Shown: piece after piece, positions 1 through 10,293 of the stretch
Layout: each line of letters begins with the position of its first letter
Numbering within the stretch: position 1 is the stretch's first letter
Sequence record: LR745206.1
Length of the DNA: 64,000 nt
Strand: one strand, 5' to 3'
Notes under the pieces: model-generated
What the model saw: the letters and a program-made list of their open reading frames with translations, nothing else
Databases searched by the model: none
What the model was told of the DNA's origin: nothing
Made by a program: the position numbers and the translations under genes

Positions 1-747
1 TATATTTTTTGTAAAATCATCAACTTGTTTAATAATTGATAACTGTCTATTATTTTGTTTTATTTCTTCGCTGATATTATTTTCTATTTGACTTCTTATA
101 TTTCTTATGAAGTCATTCAATATTTCATTTATATTTAATTCAGTTCTTCTACTTCTAAGATATTCTTTCTTAGGTATAGAGATATTTCTATAATCATGAT
201 TTTTTATTCCTATACTAGGATTTGAATCTATATTATGTAATGTTTTATAAGTTCTACTAACAATAGTATCCGAAACCTTAACATCATAAAATGTCATATC
301 AGAGTCCCTATTTTCGCTTATTGATAGATTCAAAGTTACACTTTTAACGAATATTCTACTATTATCTATGTTAATAACACCAATTCCATAACCAGGAATA
401 CTATTTGATGTTGTTAAACTTCCCATTGGTTGGAATAAATATGACCCATCGATATTTAAAGCTACTTTATATTCATAACTACTATTCTCATATCTAGAAC
501 GTGTATAATAGCTATCTCTACGATAGGTATCATTATTCCCATAATAATTATCATAATCATTTTCTATTCTAGAGATTCTACACCAATGTGGTGTTTTTAT
601 TGATCTTATTTTATCTCCAAGTGTTTCAACAATAGGTTTTGGTGTTTCAATTTGTTTTGTTGTTTCAATTGGATTTTTATCGCGCGATGTTGTATCCGAA
701 TATAATCCGCCCCATCCTAAATTTTTAAATATATCACGAAATGCCAT
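1..747 (-). CDS. hypothetical protein, 3'-truncated by window edge (MAFRDIFKNLGW...)
   Basis: Manual translation: ATG at 747, frame open to position 1; absent from ORF track; contains RRTELNINEILN variant of the R-D-x-K-I motif. Confidence 0.75.
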   Translation of the reverse strand, partial: MAFRDIFKNLGWGGLYSDTTSRDKNPIETTKQIETPKPIVETLGDKIRSIKTPHWCRISRIENDYDNYYGNNDTYRRDSYYTRSRYENSSYEYKVALNIDGSYLFQPMGSLTTSNSIPGYGIGVINIDNSRIFVKSVTLNLSISENRDSDMTFYDVKVSDTIVSRTYKTLHNIDSNPSIGIKNHDYRNISIPKKEYLRSRRTELNINEILNDFIRNIRSQIENNISEEIKQNNRQLSIIKQVDDFTKNI

Positions 748-807
748 CAATTATCATTTAAAATAAAATACAACCCAAATGGGTTGTATTTTATAAATAT
801 TTTATTA

Positions 808-1059
808 TTACTTAGAAAAAGTACCAGCCACCATTTGTGTTTCAATTTCCTTTGCTCTTAAAATAGCAGCTTCTTTATTTTTGAATCCTGTTTCAATCAT
901 TTTCTTACCAGCAAATATACCGATTGTTGTTGATTGACACTTTCTAATCTTTTCTTTACTACCGACAGCAGTTACATAACCAAATACTAGCTTTTGTCTG
1001 ATTCTTAATCCACCAACTTGAGCAATTACTTTACCAATGTCATTTTTTCCTAGTCCCAT
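808..1059 (-). CDS. hypothetical protein
   Basis: ORF track; TATATTTG box at 1093-1100 upstream on minus strand. Confidence 0.7.
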   Translation of the reverse strand: MGLGKNDIGKVIAQVGGLRIRQKLVFGYVTAVGSKEKIRKCQSTTIGIFAGKKMIETGFKNKEAAILRAKEIETQMVAGTFSK

Positions 1060-1123
1060 TTTTTCTTTTCTTTTTTAAGTGATTAATTTCTACAAATATA
1101 TATAAAGTATTTTAATTAAACTA

Positions 1124-1438
1124 TTATTTTTTCAAAATATTATTAATTAATCTATTTCTTTTTTCTTGTTTTGTTTCTGGTTCACCAATAGCTCTTACAT
1201 TAACATCAACAATATCAGTATCATTTGGTAATTGTTTTGTTGATTTTACCCATTTCCAGTCACCTGGTGTCATTTTAGTTTTTTCTTGTTTATGACATAC
1301 ATTACATTTTCGCCACCTTGGTAGTACCTTCCCTTCTATATTACTTCTATCAGAATGTAATCTAACATTCCAATACCTCCATGTGTGTTTACATGTGAGT
1401 TGTTTAAAGTAGAATTTTATTACTTGTAAAATACCCAT
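1124..1438 (-). CDS. hypothetical protein with CxH/CxxC pairs and C-terminal R-x-x-x-I-x-x-IL tag
   Basis: CKH...CNVC; ends KRNRLINNILKK. Confidence 0.7.
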   Translation of the reverse strand: MGILQVIKFYFKQLTCKHTWRYWNVRLHSDRSNIEGKVLPRWRKCNVCHKQEKTKMTPGDWKWVKSTKQLPNDTDIVDVNVRAIGEPETKQEKRNRLINNILKK

Positions 1439-1719
1439 TAGATATTTATTCTTTTGTATTTATTTGATTCAACCCAACTTATTTTGAATCGAGCTGTTCC
1501 ATAGTATCTATTATTGACGAAGCATTCCAATAGATTGGTTTTTTTATTAAAATTAAATTTAACTTTCTTTTTATCACTAGCACCAACAATTTGTGCTACT
1601 TCTAATACGAATATCTTTTTATGTGGTTGAAATTGTGTTTTGAAATTTCCCATAGTTCCTCTAATAGAAATATAGGTTTGCTCAGATTCATTTTCAATTA
1701 AATTTTTTATAAAATCCAC
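1438..1719 (-). CDS. hypothetical protein
   Basis: ORF track; TATATTTG box at 1740-1747. Confidence 0.7.
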   Translation of the reverse strand: MDFIKNLIENESEQTYISIRGTMGNFKTQFQPHKKIFVLEVAQIVGASDKKKVKFNFNKKTNLLECFVNNRYYGTARFKISWVESNKYKRINI

Positions 1720-1763
1720 ATTTTATGATTTAGTTACTGCAAATATAATAAAAAAAATTCAAT

Positions 1764-2255
1764 TTATAACATATCTTTTAATCCTACTAACATTTCACAA
1801 GAAAGACCAGATCTATCTCTAAGATTTACTTCGGTTGATATGTTTTTACCAAAATAGTTAATATCAACTTTTATATAAGCTCTAACAGAAAATCCAGATG
1901 ATGATTTTGACATCTGAACACTTGTTATCTCAGGAAATTGAATTTTTAAATCATTTGTGTATTTCCTTTCTAAGGATTTTTGCTCAACCCTTGTTATTGA
2001 TTTTGGTACATCTATATGATCTAACTCTCTACACTTATTAATCAATTCTTTTGATAGACCCAATTTAGTACCAACTGAGAAATCTATACTTGATGATCTA
2101 GCACCTGTATCGAACTTTGCTTTTACCTCAACTGTTTTACCTTCTCTAGTTAGAGATATTTTGTGTATACCATAGTAAATTTTATCTTTACTAGTATAAT
2201 CCCACTCAACATCACTTGATGATACCCAATCGTTGAATTTTTCTAAATATATCAT
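1764..2255 (-). CDS. retropepsin-like protease (RimK-associated 'ATP-dependent Zn protease' family)
   Basis: KAKFDTGARSSSID (DTG aspartyl motif) and VNLRDRSGLSCEMLVG; N-terminal MIYLEKFND tag. Confidence 0.8.
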   Translation of the reverse strand: MIYLEKFNDWVSSSDVEWDYTSKDKIYYGIHKISLTREGKTVEVKAKFDTGARSSSIDFSVGTKLGLSKELINKCRELDHIDVPKSITRVEQKSLERKYTNDLKIQFPEITSVQMSKSSSGFSVRAYIKVDINYFGKNISTEVNLRDRSGLSCEMLVGLKDML

Positions 2256-2270
2256 TAAGTATATATTATT

Positions 2271-3137
2271 TTACTTACACCATTTATCCACCATCAAGGT
2301 AACTAACCTAAAGAATTTTTTTCTATATTTTGGTAGCCTTTGGTTTATTTTATTTTCAATCAATTTTTTATTTTTCTCTATATCAGTTAATTCTTCTTCA
2401 TTGTAATTATTGAAAGTTGATCTAAATGCCTTTTTAATATATGATTTGATATATGTGAATATGCTATCATATTCATCTTTATAAAAATCTTTTGTGAAAA
2501 CAAATTGGTGGAATAATCTATTTATTTGGCTCTCAGTAAGATGGTTCTCAAACCTAAATTCTTTATCATAAACATACCAAGTCCAAGAAGTATCTGGTGA
2601 TTGTGATAGGAATTTTTCAAATAGATTATATATGTCACTTGGTGTTGGGTTATCTAAAAGGTTGAAATGTAGATAATCTGATATAAATTTATCAAAACTA
2701 ACATAATATCCGTGATATCTTGATTCAAACTCGTTAGTGTCTAATAAGTAGAATATACTTTGCGCGACAATTAATGGGTCATTCTTTTTAAGAATTTTCA
2801 ATTTACTATTTGAAACATGAAATATATCTTTATAGAAGAATTCTTTAACAATTGAATAATCTAGATGTTTTAATTCATGTAGAAATGTTGAATAATCTCT
2901 TCTATCAGAAAGAAGTATAGTCAACTTCTTTGTTGAAGTGTCTTTTTTGAATTGACCATCCAGTTTCTTCACCTTACCAATCTTTAGTGTGAATGGGAAA
3001 TTACCCTTTTTGTTCTTGTATATAAATATGAACTCATTTTTATCACTTGATGATATCTCATTAAAGTATTTTTTAGCTTGTTCTTCCAAATCAGACTTTA
3101 TTCCAAATTTCTCATTAAATGATTGAATATATTTCAT
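2271..3137 (-). CDS. putative HExxH metallopeptidase-like virion protein
   Basis: Likely start MKYIQSFNE at 3137 (track start extends through promoter); FLHELKH plus downstream NEFESR. Confidence 0.5.
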   Translation of the reverse strand: MKYIQSFNEKFGIKSDLEEQAKKYFNEISSSDKNEFIFIYKNKKGNFPFTLKIGKVKKLDGQFKKDTSTKKLTILLSDRRDYSTFLHELKHLDYSIVKEFFYKDIFHVSNSKLKILKKNDPLIVAQSIFYLLDTNEFESRYHGYYVSFDKFISDYLHFNLLDNPTPSDIYNLFEKFLSQSPDTSWTWYVYDKEFRFENHLTESQINRLFHQFVFTKDFYKDEYDSIFTYIKSYIKKAFRSTFNNYNEEELTDIEKNKKLIENKINQRLPKYRKKFFRLVTLMVDKWCK

Positions 3138-3185
3138 GTAGATATATATTAAATAATTTATTATATTTGTAAAAATAAATTTTAA

Positions 3186-3383
3186 ATGAATAAGTTTAAT
3201 AAAGGACAAAAGATATTCTATTTCTTTATGGATAGTCCTTGTCAATCAACGGTAAGTGATTTTTATATAAAGGACAATGATGTTTTTTATATCGATGCTT
3301 TATTTAATAATATAAAGGAGTGTTATGTTTTCAACACTAAGAAAGAATGTGTTGAATACCACAAGAAAAAGTGGTTAGTCTAA
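3186..3383 (+). CDS. hypothetical protein
   Basis: ORF track; TATATTTG at 3162-3169. Confidence 0.6.
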   Translation: MNKFNKGQKIFYFFMDSPCQSTVSDFYIKDNDVFYIDALFNNIKECYVFNTKKECVEYHKKKWLV

Positions 3384-3692
3384 TAGTCTACCTAATTTAT
3401 ATTCTCTGTTTAATTGTTGGAAGTTTTTAACTTTCTCAAGAAGATCGATACATTTAATATGTTTATCATCCATCTGACACCATTGATATTCATTTGATTC
3501 TGATTCTGTGTGTGAATATCCCAATTCATATTTTGATCCGAACATATTAATAGTGAAGAATTCACCACTCTTGTTATCTACACTATCGAATGCCTCAAAA
3601 TCTATATCAATACCAATTTCTTTACCATCACCACACTTTTCATTAAAGATAACGTCTGATAAGTATTTCCATGTTTTATCAAAATCTAACAT
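3375..3692 (-). CDS. hypothetical protein, C-terminal tag
   Basis: ends NREYKLGRLLD. Confidence 0.7.
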   Translation of the reverse strand: MLDFDKTWKYLSDVIFNEKCGDGKEIGIDIDFEAFDSVDNKSGEFFTINMFGSKYELGYSHTESESNEYQWCQMDDKHIKCIDLLEKVKNFQQLNREYKLGRLLD

Positions 3693-4033
3693 AGTATATT
3701 GTTCAGTTTTTCATCCCGTATAGAAATTGAAATATCAGTGATATCAATTTCCTTAACACTTGTTAATAGATTATATATCTCGTTTCTATCATTTCTTAAT
3801 CTGTTTATAACAGCTTCCTCTCCTAGATGGTTGTACATAGAAACCTCATTCAACGTAAACACATCTTTTTGAAACATTTTACTGTTTATTGTATAATAAT
3901 TTGATAATCGTGTTAATACACTAAGCTTATTGAACTCATCAATCATATAACTAATCTGATTTCTTAGTTTTATCACTTCTTTATATCTATTCTTTCTGAA
4001 TATTTTATCAAGTATTGATTGTTTTAGCTTCAT
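3686..4033 (-). CDS. hypothetical protein, C-terminal tag
   Basis: Likely start MKLKQ at 4033 just after TATATTTG (4038-4045); ends IRDEKLNNILC. Confidence 0.7.
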   Translation of the reverse strand: MKLKQSILDKIFRKNRYKEVIKLRNQISYMIDEFNKLSVLTRLSNYYTINSKMFQKDVFTLNEVSMYNHLGEEAVINRLRNDRNEIYNLLTSVKEIDITDISISIRDEKLNNILC

Positions 4034-4069
4034 CTCACAAATATAATAATTAAAATTAATATATACAAT

Positions 4070-4273
4070 ATGAAAAATTTGAAAACATTTGAAGCATATG
4101 ATTATGAATATGAAAACTTTACACATAGTGATATGGAATATGTTAAAGATTTATATAGTGAAGGTATGACAGATCCAAAAGATATTGCTAGAGAAATGGA
4201 TTGGGATGATAATATTGATGAGCGAACAGTTATTCAGATAATTAAAGCTCTTAAAAATACTGGTGAAATTTAA
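4070..4273 (+). CDS. hypothetical protein, N-terminal tag
   Basis: MKNLKTFEAY; TAATATATA at 4057-4065. Confidence 0.7.
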   Translation: MKNLKTFEAYDYEYENFTHSDMEYVKDLYSEGMTDPKDIAREMDWDDNIDERTVIQIIKALKNTGEI

Positions 4274-4824
4274 TGAAATATTTAAAAAAATTTGATAGTA
4301 TAAATGAATCCATGAGTAGGGATGGTATGATAAATGTTATCAGAAACATTTTAAAGGAGGTTAATTCTAATACAGAATTGGATAGAAAAACAATGGATAC
4401 AGTAGTCCGTGGATTTGCTGATAAGCTATTTCCAAATGAACCAGATAAAGATTCTTTTTATAATAGTATAATTGGTGAAATTGAGTTTGAATCTAGAAGT
4501 GAAGTTGTTATGATAGATGGTAGAAGTGGTGGGCCAGTAATAGCATATAAACATGACGTTGATAATGATAAGATTTCTTTAACCAACGGTTATTTTTCAG
4601 GAACAGCTTATATTGGTGGTGAAGATGATGAGGATAGGGGAGTAGAGGATTATAGCTCACCTTTTCACAAAGGACAAGTTATACCAAATGATAATTTTGA
4701 TGATGTTGAGGAAATGGACTTTCAATATTCTAGATCAATACCAGATAATATAGTTAGAAAAAATTTAGATGATTATGTTAGTAAAAATTATAATGGTAAG
4801 ATAGTTAAGATTATTTACCATTAA
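4273..4824 (+). CDS. hypothetical protein, N-terminal tag
   Basis: MKYLKKFDSINES. Confidence 0.75.
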   Translation: MKYLKKFDSINESMSRDGMINVIRNILKEVNSNTELDRKTMDTVVRGFADKLFPNEPDKDSFYNSIIGEIEFESRSEVVMIDGRSGGPVIAYKHDVDNDKISLTNGYFSGTAYIGGEDDEDRGVEDYSSPFHKGQVIPNDNFDDVEEMDFQYSRSIPDNIVRKNLDDYVSKNYNGKIVKIIYH

Positions 4825-5239
4825 GCAAATCAGCTAATATAAAATCCCTTTGTATTTCTCTAGGGAATAGTTTTATTATATCCATCTTACTCTTTATTTT
4901 ACGAGCATCCCTACTATTTGAATCATGTACTAATCCAATATATTCTTTCAATGAGGATGATTGTAACCAGACCTTTCTTATAATATCTTTTTCCGTTAAC
5001 ATCCAAACTTTTAAGTTTTCATGCATTTCAAGAATATAAAATGTGCTCCATTTTGGATGTTCAATCTTTTTCTCTGTGTATATCCACTTTTTTAGTGTAT
5101 AATCATATTTTGATTTCCTTTCCATTATATCAGGCACCATATTTTTCTTCCGTGTATTAGAGTCATAATCTTCTTTATGGAATTGACATTTACGGAAACC
5201 CATTTCTGATATTTTTCTTTTTAGGTTCATGATATGCAA
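4811..5239 (-). CDS. hypothetical protein, C-terminal tag
   Basis: ends QRDFILADLLNGK. Confidence 0.7.
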   Translation of the reverse strand: MHIMNLKRKISEMGFRKCQFHKEDYDSNTRKKNMVPDIMERKSKYDYTLKKWIYTEKKIEHPKWSTFYILEMHENLKVWMLTEKDIIRKVWLQSSSLKEYIGLVHDSNSRDARKIKSKMDIIKLFPREIQRDFILADLLNGK

Positions 5240-5273
5240 ATTTAACTATTATAATTAATATATACAAAAGGTT

Positions 5274-6287
5274 ATGAAATATTTGAGAACATACGAGGAA
5301 ATAGACTGGGGTAAATTAAACCCATTTAGTAAATCAGAGCCAAAAGTGGTTTTAACAAAGGCTGAAAAAATGTCTGATGAATTGAACAAACTAAAGGAAG
5401 TTATTGAAAATAAAAAACTAACTATACCGAGTGAAATAGATTCATTGAAATTTACTGGTGATATACCAAAGGGTACAAAAGATGAGGATAGATTTTGGCA
5501 CAAACACTCAGTTATAGAAACGCATTTCAAAAGAGAGTTTATAGAAAAATCATTATCCGGAACTGATTTAGATTTAAAAAGTATAGTTGGTGATCATAAA
5601 ATAACATCACAGGTATTGTGGAGTGATGATGATAAAAATATAAGCTATATAGAGTTTAAGATAGAGTTTGAACTAATTGGTAAATTTAAAGATGTTGGTA
5701 CCATGGGTTATAGTTATATCAGGATTTTCAAAAACATGATCAAAGAAAGGAAGGGTGATGAAAACTGCTTCTGTATAAGATTTGAATATGGTAGAAGAGA
5801 TGGTAGATATGAAGGTCAGACATTGAAAGATTATATAAGTAAATCACTATTCTCTTTAAAAAATCATATTATATTTGAGTTGAAAAAATTACACCTTTTA
5901 ATAAACAAGTCACTTGAATCAATAGAGAAGGATAAAAGGAAAGAGGTGTTGATAAGTAAAATAGAATCAATAAAAGAATGTTTCTATGATATAATTGATA
6001 TAAGTGAAAATCATGATATTTTTATTAAAGATTCTGGTGAAATACATTGCGAGTTTAAAATTAAAGGAATTATAGTTAAAAATCAACAAAAATCTAAAAG
6101 CGGTAGTAGCAAAGGATATAGCACTGTTTATATAGATTTTGATGAAGCTAAATTTGATCTGAATGATGTATTATTTAAAGTTTTTGGTAGTTTAATGGAA
6201 GCTAAACCTAGGGTAAATGATATTGTGCCTGGTGCTGAGTTTAAAATAGAATTATCCAAGGATGAAATTAAAGTGTTAATATCCTAA
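5274..6287 (+). CDS. hypothetical protein, N-terminal tag, F-x-[DE]-[LI]-x-D paralog family
   Basis: MKYLRTYEE; IKECFYDIIDIS; TAATATATA at 5256-5264. Confidence 0.75.
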   Translation: MKYLRTYEEIDWGKLNPFSKSEPKVVLTKAEKMSDELNKLKEVIENKKLTIPSEIDSLKFTGDIPKGTKDEDRFWHKHSVIETHFKREFIEKSLSGTDLDLKSIVGDHKITSQVLWSDDDKNISYIEFKIEFELIGKFKDVGTMGYSYIRIFKNMIKERKGDENCFCIRFEYGRRDGRYEGQTLKDYISKSLFSLKNHIIFELKKLHLLINKSLESIEKDKRKEVLISKIESIKECFYDIIDISENHDIFIKDSGEIHCEFKIKGIIVKNQQKSKSGSSKGYSTVYIDFDEAKFDLNDVLFKVFGSLMEAKPRVNDIVPGAEFKIELSKDEIKVLIS

Positions 6288-6302
6288 ATTAATATATAAC
6301 AT

Positions 6303-7235
6303 ATGAAATATCTATTACCGTATAAAATATATGAATCCTATGATGAGGATTGGTCAGGATTGAGTAGGGAGAGAAAAATGGGTAAATTATTACACCTATA
6401 TTCTTCTATCCCATTAAGAAAGGAAAAAGCATCAGAAGTTATTAAATCTATTGTTAAGTACTCAAAAAAGAATTTTAGTATTTATGATAAAAAAGTGATA
6501 ACACCATGGAATAAACTACATGATAGATTAAGATTCAATGATTATTTTAACTCATTATTATCTTCAAAAGATACAAGAGGTCATAATTTCGAAGGATTAA
6601 TCGCCGGGTTATTTGATGGTGAGATACAATCGAGAGGATCTAGAGCTGATATTATTCTTAAAGGTGGTGAAAGGTGTAGTATAAAATTCATTGATAGTAA
6701 ATCAGAAGCACCTGTATTGGGATCAATTTACGCCTCAATAAAAGATAGACCAGATATTTTGGAAAAAATTGGAGATAGAAGTATCTATGAAATATTTAAC
6801 ACAATTTCAGTCGATGAAGAAAAATTTAGAGAAGAGATATTTGATTTAGCATTTGGTGGTGTTGATTTATTCCTAATAGGATATGCTACTAGATCATCCC
6901 AAATAGAGTTACATGTTATTAAATTCGAAAATATGAAAGAAAATGTGTGTGCTGGATTGGTTGTTGCTCCAAAGGTCAAATCAGCAAAATGGAGTGTTAG
7001 AATATCATCATCAGCATATAGAAATGATGATACACTTAAAATTAAAATACCAACGATATCGATGGATCAATTGGATTCACTATGGAGCCAAGGAACTAGA
7101 AAATGGTCAAAAACTATATTCGGTAATAGTATAACAAATAGATTAAGAACTGATGTTATAGAGGACATAATAGATGATAAAGAAGAGATTGTTAATAATC
7201 TGGAAATTGATATATTAAAAACAAATAAAGAATGA
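6303..7235 (+). CDS. putative PD-(D/E)xK restriction-endonuclease-like nuclease
   Basis: GHNFEGLIAG...SRADII...CSIKF arrangement (E, D, x-x-K); N-tag MKYLLPYKIYES. Confidence 0.45.
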   Translation: MKYLLPYKIYESYDEDWSGLSRERKMGKLLHLYSSIPLRKEKASEVIKSIVKYSKKNFSIYDKKVITPWNKLHDRLRFNDYFNSLLSSKDTRGHNFEGLIAGLFDGEIQSRGSRADIILKGGERCSIKFIDSKSEAPVLGSIYASIKDRPDILEKIGDRSIYEIFNTISVDEEKFREEIFDLAFGGVDLFLIGYATRSSQIELHVIKFENMKENVCAGLVVAPKVKSAKWSVRISSSAYRNDDTLKIKIPTISMDQLDSLWSQGTRKWSKTIFGNSITNRLRTDVIEDIIDDKEEIVNNLEIDILKTNKE

Positions 7236-7603
7236 TGAGAAAACTTAAACTTTATAGGGAATTCTTAGGAACACCTACAAAAAATTATTCTTATATGGAA
7301 GCAAAAATGCAAGAATTGTCAGATTTAGTTAATGATGTGCTAAAAAGTGATTATGGGACTGGTGCTAGTTTTGAATATGACTTAACAGATAGTGATTTGG
7401 AAGTAACTCTAGTTTTAGACCATGAGCATGAGGTAGAGGATTCAATAACATTAGAAATACTTTTTGATTTAGACTCTTTAATGTTGGGTATATATCTAGG
7501 TCATGAAGAAGACTTTCACCTCAATTCAATCGAAGAAGGATTGGATATGATTGAGAAGAAAATTTATGATGTTCTTGGTATATCTGAGAAGAAAAAGAAC
7601 TAA
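7232..7603 (+). CDS. hypothetical acidic protein, N-terminal tag
   Basis: MMRKLKLYREF. Confidence 0.7.
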   Translation: MMRKLKLYREFLGTPTKNYSYMEAKMQELSDLVNDVLKSDYGTGASFEYDLTDSDLEVTLVLDHEHEVEDSITLEILFDLDSLMLGIYLGHEEDFHLNSIEEGLDMIEKKIYDVLGISEKKKN

Positions 7604-7604
7604 T

Positions 7605-8492
7605 ATGGAACACTTAGAATCATATAATGAGGGTTTGTTTAATTGGAGAAGAAAAAGTGGTAAAAAACCTTTATTTAGAAAATTTTCCAAAGATGATGTC
7701 TATTTAAAGACTGTGAGTTATACTAAAAGGGTAGGTCCTTCCAAATTGAATGATAATAATACCTTTTATGCTTTAAATTTCCCAGAAATGGGACTTTCTT
7801 TTATTAAAGAACATATAATTAAAAGTAGAAATAATTTCAGATATGGTGATAAAGGTGTGTTTGGTAAATTTGGTGGGTATAGTTGGGATCCAAACGCATT
7901 TAGACCATCTTCTAATGTTGATAGTACATCTACTTGGTATGATGTTGGTAATACATTTATAAATCTCAGAAAGATAAGTGATGAGTTGGGGTATAAGGTA
8001 AACCAAGCTGTTCATATACCATCAAAACAGATAGATAGTAAGATAGTTGAGATAGTAAATGCTGCTTTTTATAACAAAGTTTCTGGATTATCACATTATA
8101 TAGATGAGTGTTTAACACTTCTATATAAAGTGGAAGGTGATGATTCTTATTATCAAATAGGACAAATCGATAAATTGGAAGGTAAGTCTGATAAAAATAT
8201 AGTCGATGAAGTTATTGAGGAGAATTTTTTAGAACTTATGGATGATGGATTAATTAGTTTCTCTTCTCAAAAGTTCACAAATAAGAATAATGTTGCTTAT
8301 AAGTGTTTGGTTAAAGTCTCTAAAGATATGACACCTGAAATTCTATTTAAAATATCAGAATGTTTATTGGTAGCGGCAAGAAGATTAAGTGATATGAATA
8401 TTGATATTGATATAAAATCTATGCAACACACAGAGGATAGAAATACGAAGACAGGAACAACTGATATTGAGTTTACTGCTATTCAGAGATAA
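7605..8492 (+). CDS. hypothetical protein, N-terminal tag, F-x-E-L-x-D-x-G paralog family
   Basis: Likely start MEHLESYNEG at 7605; IEENFLELMDDG. Confidence 0.7.
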   Translation: MEHLESYNEGLFNWRRKSGKKPLFRKFSKDDVYLKTVSYTKRVGPSKLNDNNTFYALNFPEMGLSFIKEHIIKSRNNFRYGDKGVFGKFGGYSWDPNAFRPSSNVDSTSTWYDVGNTFINLRKISDELGYKVNQAVHIPSKQIDSKIVEIVNAAFYNKVSGLSHYIDECLTLLYKVEGDDSYYQIGQIDKLEGKSDKNIVDEVIEENFLELMDDGLISFSSQKFTNKNNVAYKCLVKVSKDMTPEILFKISECLLVAARRLSDMNIDIDIKSMQHTEDRNTKTGTTDIEFTAIQR

Positions 8493-9036
8493 ATCCCAAA
8501 TCTATTAATCTATTAATATGATCGAATCCAAATTCACTAGGATTCATCTGATTCAATTCTTCTATTGTAAACCATTTAGCATCTTGTGCATCATCCATAC
8601 CCTTAACACCATTCCCATATTTACCAGGTATCTCAACAGTGAAAGAATGACTCTTTACCCAAGATGTCTCATCATTTCTTGGATCCCTATTTCTATCATC
8701 ATAAATACCAATTAATTTGAAATCTGAATCTTTAGTAATATTAGATAAGTCTAATCCAGTTTCTTCGAGAACTTCTCTTTTAGCAGCATCCAATTCTGTC
8801 TCTAATCCAGGTTCCCATTTAGAACCTCTTGTTGACTTTGTATCCACAAATCCACCAGGTATACTCCATTTATTTGGCTCTGCTGATGCTAGTTTTGATC
8901 TCTGTACAAGTAAGACTTGTTGAAAACCATCAACTGTCCTAGTCACGATAGTATCAGATGTTGGATTTGGACCAACATATCTTAATTTACTTCTGAAAGT
9001 TTTATCGAATGATTCGAATTTTTTGATAAATACCAT
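8479..9036 (-). CDS. Nudix hydrolase (ADP-ribose pyrophosphatase/NrtR-like)
   Basis: WSIPGGFVD...ETELDAAKREVLEETGL Nudix box; RDPR; GMDDAQDAKWF; N-tag MVFIKKFESF. Confidence 0.9.
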   Translation of the reverse strand: MVFIKKFESFDKTFRSKLRYVGPNPTSDTIVTRTVDGFQQVLLVQRSKLASAEPNKWSIPGGFVDTKSTRGSKWEPGLETELDAAKREVLEETGLDLSNITKDSDFKLIGIYDDRNRDPRNDETSWVKSHSFTVEIPGKYGNGVKGMDDAQDAKWFTIEELNQMNPSEFGFDHINRLIDLGFISE

Positions 9037-9064
9037 ATCATATATATTAAAAATATGGTATAAC

Positions 9065-9391
9065 TTATGAGTAATAATTTGTTACTGGTTTCCCAATCTC
9101 ACGAGCATATTCTAACTCACCTTGTACACCTGTTGAATTCTTAACAGCATCTTCATCAAAGTTTACTAGTATTATTTCATCACACCATCTTATAAATTCT
9201 AAATCTATTTTCTTCCACATTTCCCAATTACCATCTAATCCCCCGATTACTGCTATTGGATGTGACATACTAATAGGTGAAAAAACAATATCACCATTTC
9301 TAATTAAATCAGCAGCAACTTCATTTGCTAATTGAAAACTCTTCTCTTCGTATCTAGAATACGGTATTGCTAAATATATTTTTCTATCCAT
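9065..9391 (-). CDS. DUF1937 / nucleoside 2-deoxyribosyltransferase-like protein
   Basis: KIYLAIPYS...VFSPISMSHP...WCDEII...STGVQGELEYA pattern. Confidence 0.7.
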   Translation of the reverse strand: MDRKIYLAIPYSRYEEKSFQLANEVAADLIRNGDIVFSPISMSHPIAVIGGLDGNWEMWKKIDLEFIRWCDEIILVNFDEDAVKNSTGVQGELEYAREIGKPVTNYYS

Positions 9392-9454
9392 ATCTAATAT
9401 ATCTCTGAAATTAAAAAAGTCTAAACTTTTTAATAAAAAACCGTATATTTGTAA

Positions 9455-9883
9455 ATGGGTAAATTATATAGTGTTTGTTTAATTAGTAGAACACAAATGA
9501 GAGATATGAGATTGGATTCAATTTTGAATGATGGTGTATTCAACTCTGATACTTACATACATAATGGTGATTTTACATACATTTTTGAATTGAACAATAC
9601 ACTTAGTTCGGACATAACTAAGAATACACTTGTTTATAAGACACTAGGTGGTGCGTTAAGACTTAAAAACAAATTGAGTGATGATTGGGTTATGAAGTTA
9701 AGATATGCTGTTAGAGGTGATGATGGCTCTTGGATTAGAAACCTTAAAAATGATGATAATCATGAGATTGTTATTATTGATATAACTGAAAAATGGGATT
9801 CCTTGATCGATAGTAGAATCGAAATAAAAAGACAATTATTCGAAAAGGAAGTTAGTAGATTAAAATCAAAGAAGTCCAAATAA
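9455..9883 (+). CDS. hypothetical protein with R-D-x-R-L-x-x-IL motif near N-terminus
   Basis: MRDMRLDSILND; TATATTTG at 9444-9451. Confidence 0.7.
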   Translation: MGKLYSVCLISRTQMRDMRLDSILNDGVFNSDTYIHNGDFTYIFELNNTLSSDITKNTLVYKTLGGALRLKNKLSDDWVMKLRYAVRGDDGSWIRNLKNDDNHEIVIIDITEKWDSLIDSRIEIKRQLFEKEVSRLKSKKSK

Positions 9884-10291
9884 CAAATAACTTATTTGTA
9901 TAATTACACCAACAATCATAAAAATTGTCCTATTCCTGTACGTCATTATCTTTGTTAATTTAGCTGTTGATGTTGTTGATTGTGATCTCCACTTCATCGG
10001 ATAAATTCTATCATCTAATCTATTTCTAGTATGATAATATGTGCCGTTATGGAAGAAGCTAAAAATAAGAGCCATTCCTAATACATTTAGTAAAGCTATC
10101 CATCCAATTTTACAAAATAAAATTAAACCAATCATAATTAATATAATTCCTCGTTGTGATGCGAATATTGGGTGTATCTCATAATCATTCTTTGACTTTG
10201 AGGTATTTTTAAAATGCCAGTAAAACCCTTCTCTGAATCCTTCTAATACCGAATATAGTATCCAAAGTAAATTTGTTATTAATACAATCAT
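9866..10291 (-). CDS. membrane protein
   Basis: Three to four hydrophobic segments. Confidence 0.65.
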   Translation of the reverse strand: MIVLITNLLWILYSVLEGFREGFYWHFKNTSKSKNDYEIHPIFASQRGIILIMIGLILFCKIGWIALLNVLGMALIFSFFHNGTYYHTRNRLDDRIYPMKWRSQSTTSTAKLTKIMTYRNRTIFMIVGVIIQISYLLFGLL

Positions 10292-10293
10292 AA

